From: Toensbergia leucococca
Lineage: Eukaryota
DNA: 55,807 bases
Assembly (NCBI GenBank): GCA_022813965.1
Contig: JALDZS010000012.1
Span: 186,001 to 241,807 of the forward strand
Reading direction: 5' to 3'
Translations under genes and position numbers: made by a program
The notes under the pieces: generated by a model
The model's database searches: none
Told to the model about the DNA's origin: nothing
Seen by the model: only the letters and a program-made list of their open reading frames with translations
Part shown: one piece after another, positions 49,917-55,807 of the stretch
Layout of the letters: the number at the start of each line of letters is the position of its first letter
How positions within the stretch are numbered: position 1 is the stretch's first letter

Positions 49917-50923
49917 ATGACTAAGCTCGTACTCTCGACGTCGTGAGTGCTCTTGTTGAGCCAGAATCTTACATACGTCTAACGAACTTTCATAGTAATA
50001 TCATCAATGGTGGTCCATCCATAATACGCCGACCCATCTCTGAGAAGTCCAATACCGAGCTGACGAACTCGATCCGTTCCAATTTTCTAGCATCACAGCA
50101 AGCAGTCACCCCACAGACCAACGGATTCGCATATTCAGCAAAAGATAGCAGCTCTAAGCACGGCCACGAGACCTCGTATACTACCTGGACAGCTCGCGAG
50201 GATGATGTGCTCTACGTCCCTTCTATCGACTTCTCCTCATCAGGACTCGCAGAGGAGAGATCTCAATACGACATCACCGTAAAACTCTTCTTCCTCCCCG
50301 GCACATCACCAGCCCACCGCTGCCAACAAACGCAAGAAGCAGTCGACCTCGTGCTAAAAGAACTTCACATGCCGTCAATAGACCTCCTCATTGTCTCCTT
50401 CCCTGGGGTATCATTCGACGCCGACGACGAAGATGATGAAGACGAACCGGACGGAGACCAGGCCATCAACGAAGACGACCTGGACACCATGATAGAAACA
50501 TGGCGCGCACTAGAGCACCTCCAAACTAAAGGCATCGTCACGCAAATCGGCCTCGCAGAATTCGGCAGCGAGCGCCTGCAGAAATTTCTACCTAGGACCA
50601 AAATACGGCCTTCCGTAGATCAAATTAACGTCCGAGATTGCTGCGTCGTCCCCAAGTCATTAATTTTGTATGCCAAGCAGGAGAAAATCGAGCTTCTGAC
50701 ACACAACGACTGCACCAATATCTTACCGCGGGGCACGGTACGAGAGCTTCTTGGTAGCGGCGAGAAAGGCGCTGGTGTTCTGGCAGGGCTGGAGGACGAG
50801 AGCTCCGAGGGGCTCAAGGGCGAGGTGGAACCGCAGTGGGTGGTCAAGTATACTGCTGTTGTGCGCGATAGAGGCGTGATTGAAAATAAGGGATATTTTG
50901 CTGTGGCGGAGATTCGAGACTGA
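49917..50923 (+). CDS. Glutamate-cysteine ligase regulatory (modifier) subunit, AKR fold
   Basis: MTKLVLSTS|NIINGGPSIIRRP after a GTGAGT...CTAAC...TAG intron; YDITVKLFFLP, IDLLIVSFP, DQINVRDCCVVP, LLTHNDC, WVVKYTAVVRDRGVIENKGY. Confidence 0.88.
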
Positions 50924-51826
50924 GCTCTTCCTCGACGTCAATTGTTCATCCATAGCGATATTGAAGGAATTTACGGGGATGGGGCTTGTACTTTTATGAG
51001 TGTGCGTAACGGAGGGTTTCCGGCGCCTGGGGAGTGGAGTCTGGATAGTTGGTACAGGGGCGCGACGAGACCTTTCACTTTTATGATAGAGAAATAGAGG
51101 AGTTCCTGAACATCGAATGGGTCCGGCACAGATATGCGATAGGCGCGGATGAAAAGGGTGAGGGTGCTTGCTTCAGCAAATCAGAAAGAACTTTATCGCA
51201 GTGGGCAGCGGCAGGGGTTGGGTGCTGAAGATGGTCTTTTTGAGAGAGGGTTCCAACGGGATTTATATCTCTCGAGAGATATACCCCCAAGGGAGCAGGC
51301 TGATGAGATACATCACTGAACCAAACCCTCTACCTAAAAGACTTATGTCCATACTACCACCAGGACGAAAAACCAAAATTCACAAAGATGCCAATTCGTC
51401 CACGATACAACTATGCAGCAGAACTCCTTGCTTGGCACACGGCCAGACTCATCACCTTCTCTGGGCACTGTTCCGCCTGAGGAAGTCTTTGCCGGTGATT
51501 TAGTGATACCCTGATCAAAGGGACAGAGATAGTATTGAATCAAGGAGGCATAGTCAGCCAGTCATGGGAACTGACAGAATAAATATCCACAACACCACCA
51601 CCCGCACCCCTCAGGAAAAGCACCTACATCGTCACTCTCACTTCTACCTTACAACCTCCTCCTGACAACCACCTTTACTGTGTGCTCTCATCTTTTACCT
51701 CTCGCCTTGTCATAATTGGCTCTGAATGCATCATACTGTACCCTTACTGTTCACTTTGCATCACCAATCCCCTCATCTGAAGCCATCCATTGGCCACTTC
51801 AGACGCCTAGGACCAATTCAGTCACC

Positions 51827-52851
51827 ATGTCGGATAAGCTTGAACTTCATTTTACTTAGTGGAGCTTTTTAATTAGTGATGAAACGCAACAACTTCGGCT
51901 TGGCTACGCAGAGTAAATTGCCTTCCTGTCGTCCCAGCACTCAGCTTGTACGTCAATATCCAAGTGTTGTGACCATTTACTAGTCTCACTGATATTTCAT
52001 AATCTGTCAGTGGCTGAATATCTCAAATTGCATCCCGAGCAAGCGCACGAGTTGATGGTGCCGTCTGAATTCAAAGAATGTCTTGTGCGTCGCTACGAGC
52101 GCTATCTTAGTAGTGACAAATCACTTTCATCTCAGAATGGTGCCCTCAAAGAATCCTAGTGGAGGACCAAGACCTCCAACACACTTCTCTCTGGCTCAGT
52201 TAAAGTACACAAGAATCCCAGTGGTACCAGCATCCCAGATTGGCTCACCATTAACTGCTTTGTCTGTGACAAGATCAAATCTGCGCTCGATGCTGAAGTC
52301 TCAGCGACAGAATATGAATATGAATCAACCGGAGAACGGATGAGGATAATCAGTCGGTCCACCGACGTTGAAAGTATGGTTTCTGATTATCAGACATGTA
52401 TGTAACTAGAATTGTAGGCTAATCGATGGACCAGTCGAGGCCACAGAAGATCAGTGGCGTATTATGTGGAACCACGTCGTCTGCCAGTTGATGGGACCAA
52501 CAGACAGCGACACTATGGATCTGATCACTGTGGGTGAGTATCTCCAGCTTAAACTGTGTTTGCTCGAACGTAGGTGATATCCAGTCTCATGACCCAAAAG
52601 TCTACACCAAACCACCCAAGGAATTCTTAACAAAGACAGAAGCCGCTAGGCTGGTATGTGAGCAGCGGATTGGAGAAGGTGCATATCTGGAGGCATTGTA
52701 TGACCCAATTGTGAGGGCGGAACTGGAGAGCAGGGGATGTAAACTGCCTGCAGAGAATGCCGATTGTTCCGATACTTCATCTACGGACGGTGGAAGAGAT
52801 AGTGAGAGTGAACAGGTTGACAGCAGTGAAAAGGGAACTGGCTTGAGATGA
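51827..52851 (+). pseudogene. Spliceable hypothetical gene interrupted by three in-frame stops
   Basis: CACC-ATG at 51827; phase-consistent introns 51948-52010, 52374-52434 and 52534-52573; stops TAG 51857, TAA 51914 and TAG 52157 in an otherwise continuous frame ending at 52851. Confidence 0.6.
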
Positions 52852-53158
52852 ACCGGCTGACAACTCATGCTTCAGTGAGGTCTGCTCGCAATTATTACTA
52901 TACAATAACTCTGTCGCACTCGCAAAAAAAATGTATTATTGTGGTGACAGATTCCCTCTAGGAGTTTCTTTGCGGTCAAAGAATGCTCCGTATCCGGCAT
53001 CATCGTTTCATCTGAAACCTAATCGAACGTCGATATGTACGGAAACAAAAAGAGATCTACACAAATAATTAGTTAAATCTTATCTACATCATTCATTGCA
53101 CTCTGATATCACTTGCCTAGACGTTCAAAGCAACTTCAACCATACGATTCAAATCCAT

Positions 53159-53845
53159 CTACAACTCGGCCTTCCCTCCCTTCTTCAACTCCTCCAATAT
53201 GACACTCTCCAAAGCCTCCGGTTTGGTCGTACTTGCCCACCTCCCTTTGACATCTCCATCTTTCCCAACGAGGAACTTCTCAAAGTTCCATTTCACCCTC
53301 GTCAAGCCCATCAAGCCCGGCTTTTTGGATTTCAACCATCCAAATACAGGCTCAGTCTTATCACCATTCACATCGGTCTTCCCGAGGATAGGGAAAGATA
53401 CCCCGTAGTTGACCTGGCAAAATTGTTGAATGGTGTCATTGTCGCCCGGGTCTTGGTTCATGAACTGGTTGCAGGGAAAGCCGAGGATGACAAAGGAGTC
53501 CGGATACTGAGCAATGACGGATTTGTAGAGTTTTTCGAGACCCTCGAACTGTGGGGTGAAGCCGCATTTGGAGGCAGTGTTGACGATTAGAACTACTTTG
53601 CCTTTGAGATCGGCGAGAGGGTACGGTTGGCCCTTTTCTAGGTACAAAGAGGCATGTCAGCCAGTTGGGTACTTTAGGTTCTGCTAAGATGGAGCCATAC
53701 TATCAAGGGGCTTGAAGTCATAGAAGCTTGTGGCAGAAGACATCGTGCGATGGTGATATTGATTTTGAATGCAAGCTATATTGGTTAAGAAGGGCTTGCT
53801 TGTGGCTCTGATGCTTAATTGCAAAAGAGACCTTGATGCTTGCAT
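53159..53845 (-). CDS. HYR1: Cys-type glutathione peroxidase-like peroxiredoxin (Hyr1/Gpx3), with an optional N-terminal extension
   Basis: MSSATSFYDFKPLD (ATG 53743) spliced to KKGQPYPL...VNTASKCGFTPQ, LGFPCNQF, KWNFEKFL; second in-frame ATG at 53845. Confidence 0.93.
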
Positions 53846-55007
53846 GAAATGACTGTTCTTTAATCGTTGGTTTTCGCGCCATCAGAGAATGAGGGGCACG
53901 TGAGGGGTAGTGTGGCATAGCGATTAGTACGGTAGCCGCATCGTTCTCAGGGTACCAGTACGGTGCCCTACTTCCAACCCCTATCTGACAATTCAATTCA
54001 AGTCGACCGGTAATGAAATCACAATACCTTGAGGCTGAAGAGACTGCATAACTCCCGACTTAATACTGAGAGCTTGATGATAGATCTGAGGACTTTCAGA
54101 CAATTTAAAGGCCGAGGGAAGAGAGAAATTTAATATTTAAGATGTTGACAAGAAGATGAGGAAAATGAGAGACGGTGCTCTATGAATTGCTCTTTGAATG
54201 CAAATATCGCATATAGAAAAGCTACATATATTCAAACTCATCCCAGCGGCTAATTGTCTCAAATTCCTCCACCCATGATGCAATTAGAAAATAACAAACA
54301 AAAGACCTCTTCCTCAGTCCCTTTTGAAAAACCTCGCCACACTACAATAAAATTAAGAGGCGGAGTGACATAATCCATCCACTCCTTTTCGCCGTAGAAT
54401 GGGACTTCTTTTATCTTTACTTTCAATCCCTAAATGATCTTTCGTTCCTACGAGCCCACGTGAGGTCAAAGGAAGCATAGGGGATACAATTTCTGAGCTA
54501 CGATGCTGGGATAGTGTCAAGGAGGTTAGGTGGGTGGAGTGCGGTGGATTCGATAGGGTTTGTTGAGTCATACTTTGTGATGAGTACTGGTTGCATGGGC
54601 ATTTTGAGAAGGGGTAATGGCATGTGCTAGAGAGGTGATAGCACCGAGCTGGGAGGTAGGCCAATCTTCACACTTCGCTCACTCGGGACTTCTCCGAACG
54701 AGCTTCATTGGCCAGCTTCATCGGGCAAGTCAATCGTGGGAGAAGAATGAATGTAGAGAACAATATTCATCGGGGTCTACTTAAAGCTTTCCTTTCCCGC
54801 TGAACTGACAAACTTTTCTGCATTATCAGTTGTGCTTTAGATTTCAACTCTATCTCCAAACGAAATCGATCGTATCCTAGTATTGCTTCTTGATTAAGCA
54901 CATCATATCCTACTCGGCTTTCTCCTTGAACAAGCCTCTTCTCACTCTTCTCTTATTCCTTCTGAGACATAATGCCTTGACATAGGACTGCCTTCAGAAC
55001 TGCTTGA

Positions 55008-55791
55008 TCATGTGCTCAACCAGGACTCGACCTTTTGCAAAATTTGCAAATGATATCGTGCGTTCTCCGTTGCTTGCTGGATCGTCAGATTGAGTTGCGT
55101 CTATACTTCGTTAGTACCGACTCTCGATATAGAATGAATTTGATTTGATATGAAATACCTCTCTCTGAATCTGCTTTCTCATATTGATTATACCCAGCGC
55201 GACGCTATTGCAGCTGTGAGCCATATGCTCAGTTTTGACTTTCCGCTTTCTGAGTTCTCTAAGACCGGTGGGACGAATAGAGTGAAATGAGTTTAGCTCG
55301 GCTTCGAGGACCTGGCTTCGAAAGACGTCGCACTGGCTCTGGTACTTGGCTGCCATTTGATGACAGCGAGTCTCAAGTGAAAGTAGGAATTGTATTTTCT
55401 CCTCCGAAGTCTGTTCAATATTCCACTGACTCTGTAAGACAGTTTCGAGATTCGTGTGACAAGCCTTCGTTACTATCTGGCTCAATGATAGCTTCTTCTG
55501 GCCATCTTCAGTTGCCAGAATGTAGGCATCAGGCTGAGAAACCTCAAAATCTTCTATATCAGACATTGCCCTAGAAAAATCATTCGTACTCGTGCCTTCT
55601 GTGCTTGAACTGTTTTGACTTGGATTACTGTCCTCCAGTTCGCCGGTAAGTATAACATCGCTATCTATGATACTATTCCCGCTTGTATGACCCACTTCGT
55701 CGTCGTGACAGTCGGCGGAGCTGAGTATAGTCCAAGATGGGCTGCTAGAGGTTGTGGAAATGAGAGAGGAAGACTCGAGAATGTCTTGCAT
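55008..55791 (-). CDS. Hypothetical protein, acidic Ser-rich N-terminus plus helical/coiled region (2 exons)
   Basis: CACC-ATG at 55791, 211 codons to a GTATTT donor at 55158, perfect TACTAAC branch point, TAG acceptor at 55101, then 30 more codons to TGA at 55008. Confidence 0.55.
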
Positions 55792-55807
55792 GGTGATAAT
55801 GACGCGG

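Noticed and set aside
54750..55007. Apparent coding-like continuation after the stop of the last gene
   Set aside because: About 6 stops in about 85 codons is near the random expectation, so there is no support for a decayed exon.

Overview
Eukaryotic, intron-rich genomic DNA from a filamentous ascomycete (Pezizomycotina). This is inferred from short GT-AG introns with CTRAC-type branch points and from the gene content; the class cannot be determined here. About 22 genes can be reconstructed by hand-splicing the ORF fragments. Housekeeping genes: NOP16, a ZIP7/Yke4 zinc transporter, a Pom1-like DYRK kinase, a Bug1/GM130-like golgin, MAF1, AP-1 sigma subunit, glutamate-cysteine ligase modifier subunit and a Hyr1-type glutathione peroxidase. 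They flank an accessory block at about 17.7-42.2 kb containing (i) a Goodbye-NACHT-TPR-ZZ fungal NLR; (ii) a secreted protein carrying PHM/dopamine-beta-hydroxylase-type copper-ligand motifs, head-to-head with a ferric/cupric reductase; (iii) a compact four-gene cluster with no PKS/NRPS core (cytochrome P450, a probable extra fatty-acid elongase, THEM6/lcsJ-type thioesterase, DHA2 MFS pump), the best candidate for an undescribed biosynthetic system. Also seen: a GC-AG intron, a spliceable gene broken by three in-frame stops (two in the identical TAGTGGAG context), an upstream in-frame ATG adding a mitochondrial presequence to the GPx, and CpG-depleted AT-rich islands. No RNA genes, CRISPR arrays or intact transposons were recognised. 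All family assignments come from recalled motifs, not database searches.
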